This document shows positions 50,218 through 60,474 of a stretch of DNA of 64,000 bases, in pieces. The stretch is from Bdellovibrionales bacterium (lineage in GTDB: Bacteria; Bdellovibrionota; Bdellovibrionia; Bdellovibrionales; JAMPXM01): NCBI GenBank assembly GCA_043739185.1, contig JAYUEN010000398.1, positions 1 to 64,000 of the forward strand, written 5' to 3'. The translations under genes and the position numbers were made by a program. The notes beneath the pieces were generated by a model. It had not been told where the DNA came from, made no database searches, and saw only the letters and a list, made by a program, of their open reading frames with translations. Positions within the stretch are counted from its first letter, which is position 1. Every line of letters begins with the position of its first letter.

Positions 50218-50336
50218 GCTTTGGAGCATTCACTGAAGAGATATAAATATAATAATAAATTTTGAAGTAAGTGTAAAACTTATTGCAAAAATTGATGCAG
50301 TACTATGATCCGGAATTTGTCCAGGTCATAGGGCCC

Positions 50337-51296
50337 TTAGTCGCTCGCGCCGTTACGCCGTGTTCTCTTGGCTGGGTCCGCTTCGTTATTGCCAAAGCTA
50401 ATACAAACCAAATTGCCACTATAGCCCAAAGGCCCACTGCGATTGACTGTCGAAGCTGCAATTTCAAAAATATTTACCGGAAGTTCTTTTCCTTCTCTGC
50501 TGACATAAACATAAACGCCACTGCGGTTTTTAAAAACTTTTCGCGAGATGACTTCATTCCCAGACTTGAGATCAATAGTCCAGGAGCCGTCCGAATTTTT
50601 AAACATATTCATTGGGAAATTTTTTTGCGGAGGTCCTTCTTCAAAATCAAATTGTATTGCTTTTGGTTTGGGATCACCATTGGGTCGGTCCTTGCAGCTA
50701 TTTGCCAATGCGAGAGCATGATCCTGATTGTAATCCGCCAATTTTTTAATCTCATCTAGATCAATTTTTACTTTAAAGCGGGCATCGGCCAGTTGCTGAT
50801 CAGCATCTCGTTTTATCTTTCCCGCAAGGCTTTCAATATAACTGCATTGATTGGTGCTTTGATTGTATAGAATCGCTAGTTTTTTTAATGCCTCAGTGTC
50901 TTGAACATCATCCGAAAAAAAGTTAGTTTCAAATTTTCCTTCGGCCCTTGCTTTGGGATCCTCAAAAAACTCTAGGGCTTCTGCGTAAGTTGAATTGATT
51001 GCCTTGAGTGCATTGAGCACGTCTGGATTGTCTTTGTTTTTTTTAAATACTTGAGCGATCGCGGATGAATTGACTCCTGGAGAGTAAGTGGTCCCGCCCA
51101 TCACGCTGTTCTTACAAGTGAAAAGGGCCGGGCCCTTAGTATTGCTATCAATTCGCACTGTGATTGAGCCAATAATACAGGGCTTTGAATTGCTTTGATT
51201 GCTTGGATCGATCTCAAGACACGTGTCATTTGTCACTGCCTGAGCGACGAAACTTAAGAATACATTTGCCGCAATAATTGAAAAGTTTAGCTTCAT
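50337..51296 (-). CDS. Secreted hypothetical protein
   Basis: Signal peptide ..FVAQA; GAGGA Shine-Dalgarno; several Cys residues. Confidence 0.7.
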   Translation of the reverse strand: MKLNFSIIAANVFLSFVAQAVTNDTCLEIDPSNQSNSKPCIIGSITVRIDSNTKGPALFTCKNSVMGGTTYSPGVNSSAIAQVFKKNKDNPDVLNALKAINSTYAEALEFFEDPKARAEGKFETNFFSDDVQDTEALKKLAILYNQSTNQCSYIESLAGKIKRDADQQLADARFKVKIDLDEIKKLADYNQDHALALANSCKDRPNGDPKPKAIQFDFEEGPPQKNFPMNMFKNSDGSWTIDLKSGNEVISRKVFKNRSGVYVYVSREGKELPVNIFEIAASTVNRSGPLGYSGNLVCISFGNNEADPAKRTRRNGASD

Positions 51297-51469
51297 TTAA
51301 AGTCATTCCTCAATAAGGGACCCGAAAACTGCCGCCATATTTTGATTAATTTTAACCTAGGCTGCAAATAAATGAAAGCTATGTGAGCTAGATTGAGGTT
51401 TAGTTTTTTACCTAAATGGGGTGCCTGATATTGGTTTCGCTGCACTAGACACAAGTCGGTTTGAATTGT

Positions 51470-51489
51470 GTCTCGGCTAGTGCCGAGAC
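51470..51489. terminator. Hairpin downstream of 51536..52606
   Basis: GTCTCGGC-TAGT-GCCGAGAC perfect 8-bp stem; weak U-tract. Confidence 0.45.
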
Positions 51490-51535
51490 CTTGAAAAATT
51501 GAAGCGGAATATACTGAAATTATTCAATATTGAAA

Positions 51536-52606
51536 TTATCTATATCCTTGAACGACGGCGGTCGCTGAAGTATTAAATCTACGCTCTCTAAAGTTATTCA
51601 TTTCGCCAACAGACGTATCACGGTAGACACAAACTGCATAACCTGCGGCTAAACACTTTTCAAGTGCGTTCTCAAGCGCGCGGTTCTGAACGCCCATGAC
51701 TTCGAGATCGTCCATTCTTTCGGCTTCATAGCGATTGGCGCCGCCAGAGAAAATTTCTCCGGCTTTTAGGTTGAGACCTTCGATTGATGTTACTGTCGCC
51801 GTCATTTTGGTGTGCCACTTGCCATTGATAGTGTCGCCAATTTCTCGGTCAACCATTCCTAAAGCAACGTCTTGATGACCTTGTGACATTGCATAAAAAA
51901 CAGCTGTCTTAATTGCGTCAAATTCAATTCCTTGAACCTGAGTTTGAGTGAAAGGAACAGGGGAAGAACGGCTCCAGCTGCCAGAGCTACCAATGAAATT
52001 TCTGCTCGGGGAGTATCCGGTCACAATTGCTTTCGCAGCAGTGTGATAAGAGGCACCTGAATATTTGTTAATTATTCCGGTATCATTTTCTCGAGTCAAG
52101 GTGGTGCCTTGATATACGCAAAACATATATCCCGCAGACATACATTTTTTAATAGCTTCTGTAAGAGCATCATAGTGAACGCCCATAATTTCTAATGACG
52201 ATAGTCTTCGTCCTTCACGTTCTGTGGCCTGACCTTCAAAAATTGCGCCGGCGGCGAGATTTCGGTCATCTATTGAAACTAGGCGTGAGGTCATTTCAAC
52301 ATAACGTTTTGGTCCGAGTTTAGGATCTCGGGTTTCATATATATTTGAATCGAGTCTAGATGTTCCAAAAACCAATTTTGAATGGCCTTTTTCTTTCGCA
52401 GCGACCACTGCATTTTGAAATGCATTGAATTCAACCCCTCTCATCTCAAGTGCACTAAATTCTGCGGCAGCAGGACTTAGCCAAGTCACCTGCTTCGCAA
52501 AAGTCGTATATGGGGTAGGCGGCTGAAATAATACTTCGCACTGATTGTCTGCAAGGGCGTGTGAGCCAGCCACGGTTAAGAGCGCCGTTAAAAAAAAGTT
52601 TTTCAT
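51536..52606 (-). CDS. Secreted protein made of two tandem ~160-aa repeats
   Basis: Signal peptide; LEIMGVHYDALTEAIKKCMSAGYMFCVY versus LEVMGVQNRALENALEKCLAAGYAVCVY. Confidence 0.8.
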   Translation of the reverse strand: MKNFFLTALLTVAGSHALADNQCEVLFQPPTPYTTFAKQVTWLSPAAAEFSALEMRGVEFNAFQNAVVAAKEKGHSKLVFGTSRLDSNIYETRDPKLGPKRYVEMTSRLVSIDDRNLAAGAIFEGQATEREGRRLSSLEIMGVHYDALTEAIKKCMSAGYMFCVYQGTTLTRENDTGIINKYSGASYHTAAKAIVTGYSPSRNFIGSSGSWSRSSPVPFTQTQVQGIEFDAIKTAVFYAMSQGHQDVALGMVDREIGDTINGKWHTKMTATVTSIEGLNLKAGEIFSGGANRYEAERMDDLEVMGVQNRALENALEKCLAAGYAVCVYRDTSVGEMNNFRERRFNTSATAVVQGYR

Positions 52607-52656
52607 AAGAAAGTCTCCAGATATACTTTGGTTTTTAAATTTTCAAATTTAATATT

Positions 52657-52672
52657 TGCAAGCCGTAAGCCA
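52657..52672 (-). promoter_or_regulatory. Candidate sigma54 promoter
   Basis: Minus strand TGGCTTACGGCTTGCA (GG-N10-GC), 50 nt before the 52606 start. Confidence 0.6.
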
Positions 52673-52781
52673 TCGATATTTAAGCTTCAGATCAACCAAA
52701 GATCGCTTTTTGAGTAGATAAAGTGTTCAAGCTTTGGCCAGTGACTTTTAATGTGAGAATTTCTAGGCTCTATTTCAGAGC

Positions 52782-53005
52782 TAGGTTCTTTCTTCCTTTG
52801 GTTGGTAAAATGTGAATTACTTCAGGGTTCGGTAACAGGCAATCGGTCATAATCAACAGATCCAGCGTCAGAGGCAGGATAGGGCACGGACCCACTAAGT
52901 ACCGAGACTGAAACTGCCAAACAGCTAACTGCTACGGCTGCCATTTAAACTGATTTAAAATCAAGAGTTGAAACCAGACCGCCAAAAGTAAGACATAGCC
53001 GAATT
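52782..53005. repeat. Diverged intergenic repeat, copy A
   Basis: Colinear with 60965-61171; 52907-53005 versus 61073-61171 gives 71/99 identities ungapped by manual count. Confidence 0.75.
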
Positions 53006-53089
53006 AAGATTAGCTGAAATGACAACTGACTGCCAAATTTAGTCACCATTGCTTTGTTCGTTTTTAGCTAATCTTAGACGGGAGAAAAG

Positions 53090-53105
53090 GGGTATAGCGC
53101 TTGCA
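53090..53105 (+). promoter_or_regulatory. Candidate sigma54 promoter
   Basis: GGGTATAGCGCTTGCA (GG-N10-GC); lies very close to the start codon. Confidence 0.4.
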
Positions 53106-53117
53106 ATTATGAGATTT

Positions 53118-54812
53118 ATGAAGTCAGGCATAATATTCTTAATCGCCATCCTTTTATATTCGATTTCTGGGAGAGCTGAAAATCTCTGCCATGATTTATT
53201 TCTACTGGACTATCCCATATTAAAATTAATCGAAAGGCTAGATGGCGCTCCGGTTATAATTGAACGTGGGCATATAGTGGTTGGCCAAGATCGTTCGCAA
53301 TTTAAACTAAATGTGCATGGGGAATATGCGAATGAACTTAAGCTAGGAAGAAACGAACAAGACTTGTTTCCGGATCGTGCCTATAATCGAAATTTTAAAA
53401 TTTCTCCTGATGGAAAGCGCATAGCCTATATACTTTCGACTGATACCATCGTGATAGTAGATGCCGACGGAACTGCCGGACAAAAACAAATAGGCTCTCA
53501 CGATTTGCATCAAGCAGATTATTTGACTTCTTCAAGAATGGGTTTCGCGGGGCATGCTGAAACGCAAGCGCCGCTTTTTATCAATGACTTTTCATGGTCA
53601 AGCGATGGCCATTTTCTGACTGTGGGAACAAACAGTAAGTTTTATAGTTATGTTTATCCTGACGTGCACCTTGATGACCTCCCAAGGTGTCCCGAAACCA
53701 AAGTCATAAATACCTCTCAATTACTATATTTTCAAAATATAGCGGCTCCAAATCGAAGTGGCAAAGTGATTGATTTTGTGATTTCAATTTGGTCCGATCA
53801 ACATTTTGAAATTAGTAAGAGTAAACCTGATATCTTTGGATTAAAGATGGCCAAGAAACTGACTGAAGAAATTCCGCTCGGTAGCCGTTTGGTAGAAAAT
53901 CCATCTAAGGCGCAGCTAAGGGCTTTGGCAAAAATGCTTTTTGCTGGTCATTTCGCTACTTCGTTATCGGTGGTTGGTGAAACGGATTTGGTTCAAGGTG
54001 CATCCGAAACTTCATCTGTAATTCCCCTTAATTATGATTCAATTGCAAGGATTGCAAATCATGAATCTTTGCCGCCTTCAGTTTCAATTGATGGTCAGCC
54101 AATTGATAAGCAGATTGTGCATGGTCGCATTTCATTTCGTTCAGGAGCTGAGCGAGCGGCCTTAAAAATGAAGGGTCATTATCAATATGAAATGGGACAA
54201 TTTGCCGAAAATTTAAAATTCAAAGATGCCACTCATGATGTTGTGGTTTCTCCTGATAATACAAAGATTGCTTATGTGGTCTCAGCAAATTCGATTGTGG
54301 TCTATGATGCTGTCACTGAAGTGGCGCAGAAAGTTTCAATTGGAACTGCCGACAAGAGAGATATGTTTCATCTCGGTGAATCTGAAACAGCAAATCATCT
54401 TGTTGATATAGAGTGGTCACAGCATGGTGACTTTCTAATTGCGAAAACCAGCGATAACTTTTTAGAGTATGTGCAAATAAAACCCCAATTAGACGGTAAT
54501 AAGTTTGATATCTCCACCCGTCATATTGCAATAGGAAAAAGTGTTAAATTACTGGCATCAAAACTTATAAGTGCAACCGCAATGGATCACAAAACAACAG
54601 ATTATATTTTAACGCTTTGGTCGGATGATATCTTTAGAATTTACTCACCGGCACAAACGAGTGGCGGGATCGCGCAAAGGTTTGAAACACCCCTTCACGG
54701 TGCCGCACTCGAAACGGCCCACGAAGAACTTTCAAATCTACTTTCTGAACTGTATGAAACCTATTTTGCCTTTGCCGCGCGTTTTCTCAATCCGACACAG
54801 CAGAATCACTAA
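53118..54812 (+). CDS. Secreted protein with two duplicated partial WD40/TolB-like regions
   Basis: Signal peptide MKSGIIFLIAILLYSISGRA; ISPDGKRIAY..WSSDGHFL..SIWSD repeated as VSPDNTKIAY..WSQHGDFL..TLWSD. Start could be 53109. Confidence 0.7.
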   Translation: MKSGIIFLIAILLYSISGRAENLCHDLFLLDYPILKLIERLDGAPVIIERGHIVVGQDRSQFKLNVHGEYANELKLGRNEQDLFPDRAYNRNFKISPDGKRIAYILSTDTIVIVDADGTAGQKQIGSHDLHQADYLTSSRMGFAGHAETQAPLFINDFSWSSDGHFLTVGTNSKFYSYVYPDVHLDDLPRCPETKVINTSQLLYFQNIAAPNRSGKVIDFVISIWSDQHFEISKSKPDIFGLKMAKKLTEEIPLGSRLVENPSKAQLRALAKMLFAGHFATSLSVVGETDLVQGASETSSVIPLNYDSIARIANHESLPPSVSIDGQPIDKQIVHGRISFRSGAERAALKMKGHYQYEMGQFAENLKFKDATHDVVVSPDNTKIAYVVSANSIVVYDAVTEVAQKVSIGTADKRDMFHLGESETANHLVDIEWSQHGDFLIAKTSDNFLEYVQIKPQLDGNKFDISTRHIAIGKSVKLLASKLISATAMDHKTTDYILTLWSDDIFRIYSPAQTSGGIAQRFETPLHGAALETAHEELSNLLSELYETYFAFAARFLNPTQQNH

Positions 54813-54988
54813 GTTAATCGTTCTCGGGCGGTCCATTTTGATGGCCCAATGACGCTTTTATAGCCCAAAACCCCAATAGAGCTTCTATTGAAAATGACAT
54901 CAAATAAACTTTCCAATTTGTAATATGAAATGCTATTTATTCTTCTTTGTCGTGAAATTTTGTTTTGCGGTAAAGACAGGAGAAACGC

Positions 54989-55747
54989 ATGCCATTGAGA
55001 GGTCAGGATTTCAAAGCTTTAGTTTTGAGTTTTATTTTTGCATTGTGCTTTTGCCAGCCATTAAACGCCCATCAAAGCCCAAGCGAAATGCTGCAAATTT
55101 CAGATCGCTCGCGAGGCGGGCTATCACAAGGAGTGGTTTGGAAGCTCAATCTCATTTCAAAAGATGCAGGCACTGAGAATCAATTTGAATATGAAGTGAA
55201 AGTTAAAAATAGCCAGGCAATTGCTAAGTGCCTAGCGCCAGCAAGGTCAAAGAATGAGGTTTATCTGTTCTTGGATCGGAATCTATGGATGTATCGACCA
55301 GGTTTGAGAAAGGCATTGTCGCTATCGACTCGGCAAAAGCTCTCTGGCCAAGCTGCAAATGGAGATATTGCCAATACCAATTATGCTCGAGACTATTCTG
55401 CGACTTTGCTGGGTGAAGAAGTGATTGATAAAAAGCGGACATTTAAACTGAAGCTAAAAGCAAAGTCGGATGATTTGACCTACGATCAAATTATTTATTG
55501 GATTAGCCAAGATAAACTATTGGCCGTTAAGGCTGATTTCTTAAGTGTGGATGGTCAAGTTTTTAAAAGCGCAGTTTTTAATTATGAAAATAGTATTCAA
55601 GTTGAAGGTAAAAGTCTTCCGTTTGTGAGTCGAATGTTAATCACGGATGCAAAGAATCCTAAGCTTGTTTCTGAGCTCAACTACTCGCAAATTAAAATCG
55701 AAAATTTGAGCGATTCTGAATTCAATGTGAATAATCTTTCGAAATGA
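54989..55747 (+). CDS. Outer-membrane lipoprotein-sorting (LolA-like) protein
   Basis: Signal peptide; NLWMYRPG..RQKLSGQAANGDIA..TYDQIIYWI..KADFLSVDG. Confidence 0.85.
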   Translation: MPLRGQDFKALVLSFIFALCFCQPLNAHQSPSEMLQISDRSRGGLSQGVVWKLNLISKDAGTENQFEYEVKVKNSQAIAKCLAPARSKNEVYLFLDRNLWMYRPGLRKALSLSTRQKLSGQAANGDIANTNYARDYSATLLGEEVIDKKRTFKLKLKAKSDDLTYDQIIYWISQDKLLAVKADFLSVDGQVFKSAVFNYENSIQVEGKSLPFVSRMLITDAKNPKLVSELNYSQIKIENLSDSEFNVNNLSK

Positions 55748-57045
55748 AGATTTTTTTCGCGATTTTGCTTTTGCTTGCTCCAAAATTTGCAAGCGGGTTT
55801 TTAAAGGCAAAAGGTGATGCGCCATTTTTAAAGTTTGAGACGAGCCTCGATATTATTGGCGGTATTGCCGCTCAAAATAATCAAGTGAGCCTGACCAATC
55901 CCGATAATCAAATCTTAAATTTACCAACTCAGAGCCTTGACTCTGAATTTAAGCCGATTTTCAAATTCGAACAAAGTCAACGTGGTCTGACGCTTTCATT
56001 AAAGCCTTATCTTCGGCTTTATGACTCGCAATTCGAATTCAAATCACAAACTCAAAATCGCAAACTTTCAGACTATGGCTTTTATGAAGCTTATTTAAGA
56101 TGGGAGCTCTTGAAAGTCATCGATCTAAGTTTTGGTAAAATAAATTCTCAGTGGGGGCCATCTGAACTATTGAGTCCAAGTCAATTTATGTTTCAGGGGC
56201 TTTTGCTTCGACCAGAGCCATTTCAAAGTGTCGCTGGTCAAGAAATGATTCAACTTCAATTTACGCCAAAACAAAATTTGAGTTTTTGCGTGCAAACTGA
56301 ACTCAATCCCTCAGGATTGCAGCATACGGATCAAATCAACGCGGCACCTGCAACGTCGCAAGGACGAATTTTATCTAAAGTAGATTACTCGAGTCGCTCA
56401 GGCGACTTTGATTTAGGAGTTGTCATTGGAGAGCAAGGGCAAGTACAGAAGCGAATTATTGTCGGTAGCTTTGCATTTTTTAATTACAACCCAGATGCTC
56501 AAATTTACTATGATGTAAGACACCAAAGAGGTAGTGAAAAGCTTCATATTGCTTCGATTCAAACTCTAGATCAGCCTTTTTTGACAAGCGACGAGCCCTT
56601 CACTTTGGGAGTGCTCGGTCATCGTTATAGTTTTTCAAACGGAATAGAATGGCATATCGAGTATATAGGAAGTGATTTTGGTCAAAGTATTAGTCAGCGT
56701 GAATTTGCATTTAAAACCATAAAATCAAATCCCAATACGCTACAACTTTATCAAATATTTAATGATCCGGTGAGTGCGCTCCCTGGACAAAACTATATTT
56801 ACAATTCGCTCAGATGGGACAGTCCGAGCTTCTTAAGTTCACTGTTTTCTGCTTCACATATTTATTTGCGAAGCCTTCATTCAATCGGAGATGCTTCAGC
56901 CTTTATCAACTTTGCTCTTGAAACGAGTTTATCAGATCATTGGGCACAAAGTCTTGCCATGATTAAAACCATCGGCGACAATGAAGCCGAGCTCAATCAA
57001 AGTGTCGATTTTTATCTGAGTTACTATCTCAAACGTTCATTTTAA
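55744..57045 (+). CDS. Predicted outer-membrane beta-barrel protein
   Basis: Signal peptide; EAYL..GKINSQWG..SP; terminal YYLKRSF. Confidence 0.7.
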   Translation: MKIFFAILLLLAPKFASGFLKAKGDAPFLKFETSLDIIGGIAAQNNQVSLTNPDNQILNLPTQSLDSEFKPIFKFEQSQRGLTLSLKPYLRLYDSQFEFKSQTQNRKLSDYGFYEAYLRWELLKVIDLSFGKINSQWGPSELLSPSQFMFQGLLLRPEPFQSVAGQEMIQLQFTPKQNLSFCVQTELNPSGLQHTDQINAAPATSQGRILSKVDYSSRSGDFDLGVVIGEQGQVQKRIIVGSFAFFNYNPDAQIYYDVRHQRGSEKLHIASIQTLDQPFLTSDEPFTLGVLGHRYSFSNGIEWHIEYIGSDFGQSISQREFAFKTIKSNPNTLQLYQIFNDPVSALPGQNYIYNSLRWDSPSFLSSLFSASHIYLRSLHSIGDASAFINFALETSLSDHWAQSLAMIKTIGDNEAELNQSVDFYLSYYLKRSF

Positions 57046-57060
57046 AGTTGGAGTTAAGAA

Positions 57061-57738
57061 TTGTCTGAAATCCTGAAAATAGAAAATGTCGAGAAGTCCT
57101 ATCTGATGGGTGAAACGAAAGTGAAGGCCCTGCAGGGAGTTTGTCTGACTCTGAAACAGGGCGATTTTCATGTCATTCTAGGAAGTTCAGGCTCGGGTAA
57201 GAGTACTCTTTTGCATCTGATTGCAACACTTGATATTCCCGATTCTGGTCGCATCGAATTTATGGGTAGAGACTTAGCTGCCATGAACGAAAATCAGAAG
57301 AGCGATTTGAGAAATCGCGATTTGAGTATGATTTTTCAAAACTTCAATCTTATTGCGGCTCTCAATGTTGAACAAAATATTGAGCTTCCTCTTATTTTGC
57401 GTAGTGAGCTTTCGGATAGTGAAAAAAAACAGCGAGTATCTCAGGCTATTCTAGATGTCGGCCTAAAGGATTTTAGCCTGCATAAGCCTGATCAGTTATC
57501 AGGAGGTCAGCGTCAGCGGGTGGCCATTGCACGGGCACTGGTGCCTCATCCAAAATTGATTTTGGCCGATGAGCCCACCGCCAATTTAGATTCAAAAACT
57601 GCGCATCAAATCATCGATTTATTGTTGGCACTCAATCAAGACAAGAAAATAACATTCTTATTCGCAAGTCATGATGAAAAGCTCATTTCACGCGTTAAAA
57701 ATTTATCTAGTATCGTTGATGGTGTTATTGCCCAGTAA
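57061..57738 (+). CDS. ABC transporter ATPase, LolD/MacB-type
   Basis: GSSGSGKST, LSGGQRQRVAIARAL, LADEPTANLD, SHD. Confidence 0.95.
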   Translation: MSEILKIENVEKSYLMGETKVKALQGVCLTLKQGDFHVILGSSGSGKSTLLHLIATLDIPDSGRIEFMGRDLAAMNENQKSDLRNRDLSMIFQNFNLIAALNVEQNIELPLILRSELSDSEKKQRVSQAILDVGLKDFSLHKPDQLSGGQRQRVAIARALVPHPKLILADEPTANLDSKTAHQIIDLLLALNQDKKITFLFASHDEKLISRVKNLSSIVDGVIAQ

Positions 57739-57747
57739 AGAGTTTCT

Positions 57748-59061
57748 CTAGTCTGAATCCCGAAGAGCATCAGAAACCTTCATATATAATGCCCGTCGCA
57801 CCGGAAAGGCGCAGGCTAAAAGCGAAATAAGAATCAATGTAAAAGTTGAAAATACTATGGTTTTTGGACTAACTGTCATCGCAAAGGCAACACTGTCTGA
57901 CAGCATCCCGAGTTTATAAGGAATTTCAATAGCATTGATTATAAGCGCCAAAAAGTAAGAAAGAAAAACGCCGATCAATACGCCAAAAAAACTCAAGAAA
58001 AAAGATTCTGATAGGAATAAAATAAAAATATGTTGAGCGCGAAAGCCCAAGCTCAGTAAGGTTCCGATCTCGCGTGTCCGTTCAAAGACCAAGCGGTAAA
58101 AAGTGGTAACAACTGAAAGGGTTCCAATAAAGATAACCACAACAGTGATAAAATTTCGAAAGACGAAGAGAAAATCAATACTCTTTATATAAAAATCGCC
58201 AATGTCAAAATTTCTCCAAGACTTCAAATGTAGAGCGGGAACCTTGGCTTGAACGTACTTGAATTGCGAAATTAAAGTTGGAATATCCGATTTGTTTTTA
58301 AGGCGAATTGAGGTCATTGAAAGACTCTTGGTTTTCATTAAATTTTGGACTAAACTCAAAGGCGCCATAATGAGCCTTTGATCTAAATCACTAAAGACGC
58401 CATCAACAATTCCTACAATTTCAACTTCGGCGGCATTGATTTGGCCAGTTTCAGTCATGAGTGAAATTTGCACGCTTTTGTGTTCACAATGAAAAGTCCG
58501 ATTCTTAGCTTCATAGCCATTTTTATTAATTTTGGGATGATAATTTTCGTCCTCTGAGCAGCCGATTATTTCAGCTAGGCGTCTGCCTACTACAATGATG
58601 TGATCCGTTGCGCTACTTTGTTTAAAGGCATCGTCTAATGGGGCTCCAGCTAGTGTATTCCAGCCCCAATAGGGATCGCGCATTCTGCGTCCCATCTCTG
58701 GGTCGTATCCAACTCCTGAAAATATGATTTGGAGGGAGCCTGTATTGAGTGCGCCCGAGAAATTTAAGAAAGGAACCCCAACGTCTATTTGCCCGCTATG
58801 TTCTTTTAAAAATGAGTCGATAGGCCCTTGTTCTTCTATGGTTGTATTGTCTAGCCGACTTTCTTTCCTAATAAGTAAATCCCCATACATACTGCGATTT
58901 TCATAAGTGCGATCAAACAGAATATTGGTGTCGAAAATATAGGCTTCAAATAAATTAAGCGCAATAAAGCCACTGGCGACAGATAAAATAGCCGCAAGAG
59001 TTTTTTTACGCGAACTCATTACATTCTTGATCGCAAGCTGAATGATTTTAAAATAAACCAT
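57748..59061 (-). CDS. FtsX/LolC-E-type ABC permease
   Basis: TM, large periplasmic domain, three TMs; ERTREIGTLLSLGF. Confidence 0.9.
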   Translation of the reverse strand: MVYFKIIQLAIKNVMSSRKKTLAAILSVASGFIALNLFEAYIFDTNILFDRTYENRSMYGDLLIRKESRLDNTTIEEQGPIDSFLKEHSGQIDVGVPFLNFSGALNTGSLQIIFSGVGYDPEMGRRMRDPYWGWNTLAGAPLDDAFKQSSATDHIIVVGRRLAEIIGCSEDENYHPKINKNGYEAKNRTFHCEHKSVQISLMTETGQINAAEVEIVGIVDGVFSDLDQRLIMAPLSLVQNLMKTKSLSMTSIRLKNKSDIPTLISQFKYVQAKVPALHLKSWRNFDIGDFYIKSIDFLFVFRNFITVVVIFIGTLSVVTTFYRLVFERTREIGTLLSLGFRAQHIFILFLSESFFLSFFGVLIGVFLSYFLALIINAIEIPYKLGMLSDSVAFAMTVSPKTIVFSTFTLILISLLACAFPVRRALYMKVSDALRDSD

Positions 59062-59064
59062 AAC

Positions 59065-60456
59065 CTATGCCCTCATCAAATCTATGATTTTTTGAAGCAT
59101 CATTTTTCGAGAAATGATCCAGGTCGTAAGTAAAACTATGATGAGCATCGAAATTAAAACAGAATAAGTATAAATAAAAGTAGGTTGTAAAACGAATTGC
59201 AGGTCATTGGCAAAGCCCGGTATTCGAAAGCGAAAATTCAAATGATTATTTAGGGACTTTAATAAGAAAGCCAAAAAACCACCGAAACAAAAACTGACAA
59301 ATGAAATAATTAAGTACTCAAAAGAAAATAAAATTTGAATTTGTTGGGGGCGAAAACCAATAGAGCGTAGGCTTGCAATCTCGGGCTTTCGCTCTAGAAA
59401 AGAAATTTGAAGCGAGTTTGCTATTGATAAGATAACCACCCCGCAAACGAGAACCGCGAAAAATGAAATCATCACATAAACAAAATTCATAGCGCCTCGG
59501 TAAATCTCACTGACTTGTTCTTCGCGATAGCTATGAATCTCAACATTTTGAATATGATTTTGCTGAAGCTCGCGGTTTAGAGCGGCCTGTAATTTTTCGA
59601 GTTCTGAGACCTTCTCTAAAATGACTGCAATTCTTGAAATATGATCAGTCCGTAAGAGGTTCTGCGCGGTTTGAAAAGGAAGTAGGACTGAGGTTTCATC
59701 TGTAAAACTGAACCCGGTAGACATAAGGCCACTGATCGCGGCATCGGTTACGCCCAATCCTCCGTCACTGGCTTGAGCAAAAATTTGAACAAAGGGATCT
59801 TCTGCAATTTTTTTTGCAGAGTCTGGGCTTTTGCAGTCTAAGGCTTGAAGATTTGCGCTTGGTACAATTTCTGTCAGAATATTTTGCTTTTTCAAAAGTG
59901 AAAAGAGAACCGGACTCATATTTATCGGAACCAAATCAGAATTTCGCGTCCAGAATCCGGCACCACGATCAAACTTTGTAAGTTCTGGTATTTCTCTTAA
60001 AACCTGCGGATGTGAGTAAATCCAGTTGAGATCGGCTGGGTCTACGCCGGTAAACAAGATGGGCAGACTTAGGCACGAATTAGTGATCATGGCCTGGCCA
60101 CTTAAAACCGAAATTACTTTGTCATTTGAATTTAAATTCCGACTCAGAATGTTTTTAATTTTGTCGGCTTCTTCGGCGTTCAAACTATATTGATTTGGGT
60201 TTTGATAATAAAATTTAATCGCATTTTTCTTCCAAAAAGAGAGGTGCCCAACTTGTCTTAGAAAGATACTCTGGGTGGCTAAATAATCCTCCATGCGAAG
60301 CATATAGCCGCCGAGAAGAACCAAACCACAAAAGCCAAAGGATAGGCCTAGGCAAGTAAAAATATGGCGTCTTCTATAGGTCCAGACATTTCGTGAGGCG
60401 AGCTTCCAGATTTTGGGAAGTTTGGAGATTGAATTGCTTTTTTGAATTTCGCTCAA
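59065..60456 (-). CDS. FtsX/LolC-E-type ABC permease
   Basis: LASRNVW..RR; ERKPEIASLRSIGF; same topology as the neighbour. Confidence 0.9.
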   Translation of the reverse strand: MSEIQKSNSISKLPKIWKLASRNVWTYRRRHIFTCLGLSFGFCGLVLLGGYMLRMEDYLATQSIFLRQVGHLSFWKKNAIKFYYQNPNQYSLNAEEADKIKNILSRNLNSNDKVISVLSGQAMITNSCLSLPILFTGVDPADLNWIYSHPQVLREIPELTKFDRGAGFWTRNSDLVPINMSPVLFSLLKKQNILTEIVPSANLQALDCKSPDSAKKIAEDPFVQIFAQASDGGLGVTDAAISGLMSTGFSFTDETSVLLPFQTAQNLLRTDHISRIAVILEKVSELEKLQAALNRELQQNHIQNVEIHSYREEQVSEIYRGAMNFVYVMISFFAVLVCGVVILSIANSLQISFLERKPEIASLRSIGFRPQQIQILFSFEYLIISFVSFCFGGFLAFLLKSLNNHLNFRFRIPGFANDLQFVLQPTFIYTYSVLISMLIIVLLTTWIISRKMMLQKIIDLMRA

Positions 60457-60474
60457 GCAAACTCCGTCAATTAA

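Noticed and set aside
50283..50759. 158-aa plus-strand ORF and the many other short overlapping ORFs in the track
   Set aside because: Antisense or off-frame shadows of better-supported genes, with no recognisable motifs.
4211..57045. Identical C-terminus LKRSF (AAACGTTCATTTTA) in two distant barrel genes
   Set aside because: Most simply explained by convergence on the BAM beta-signal; no further similarity seen.
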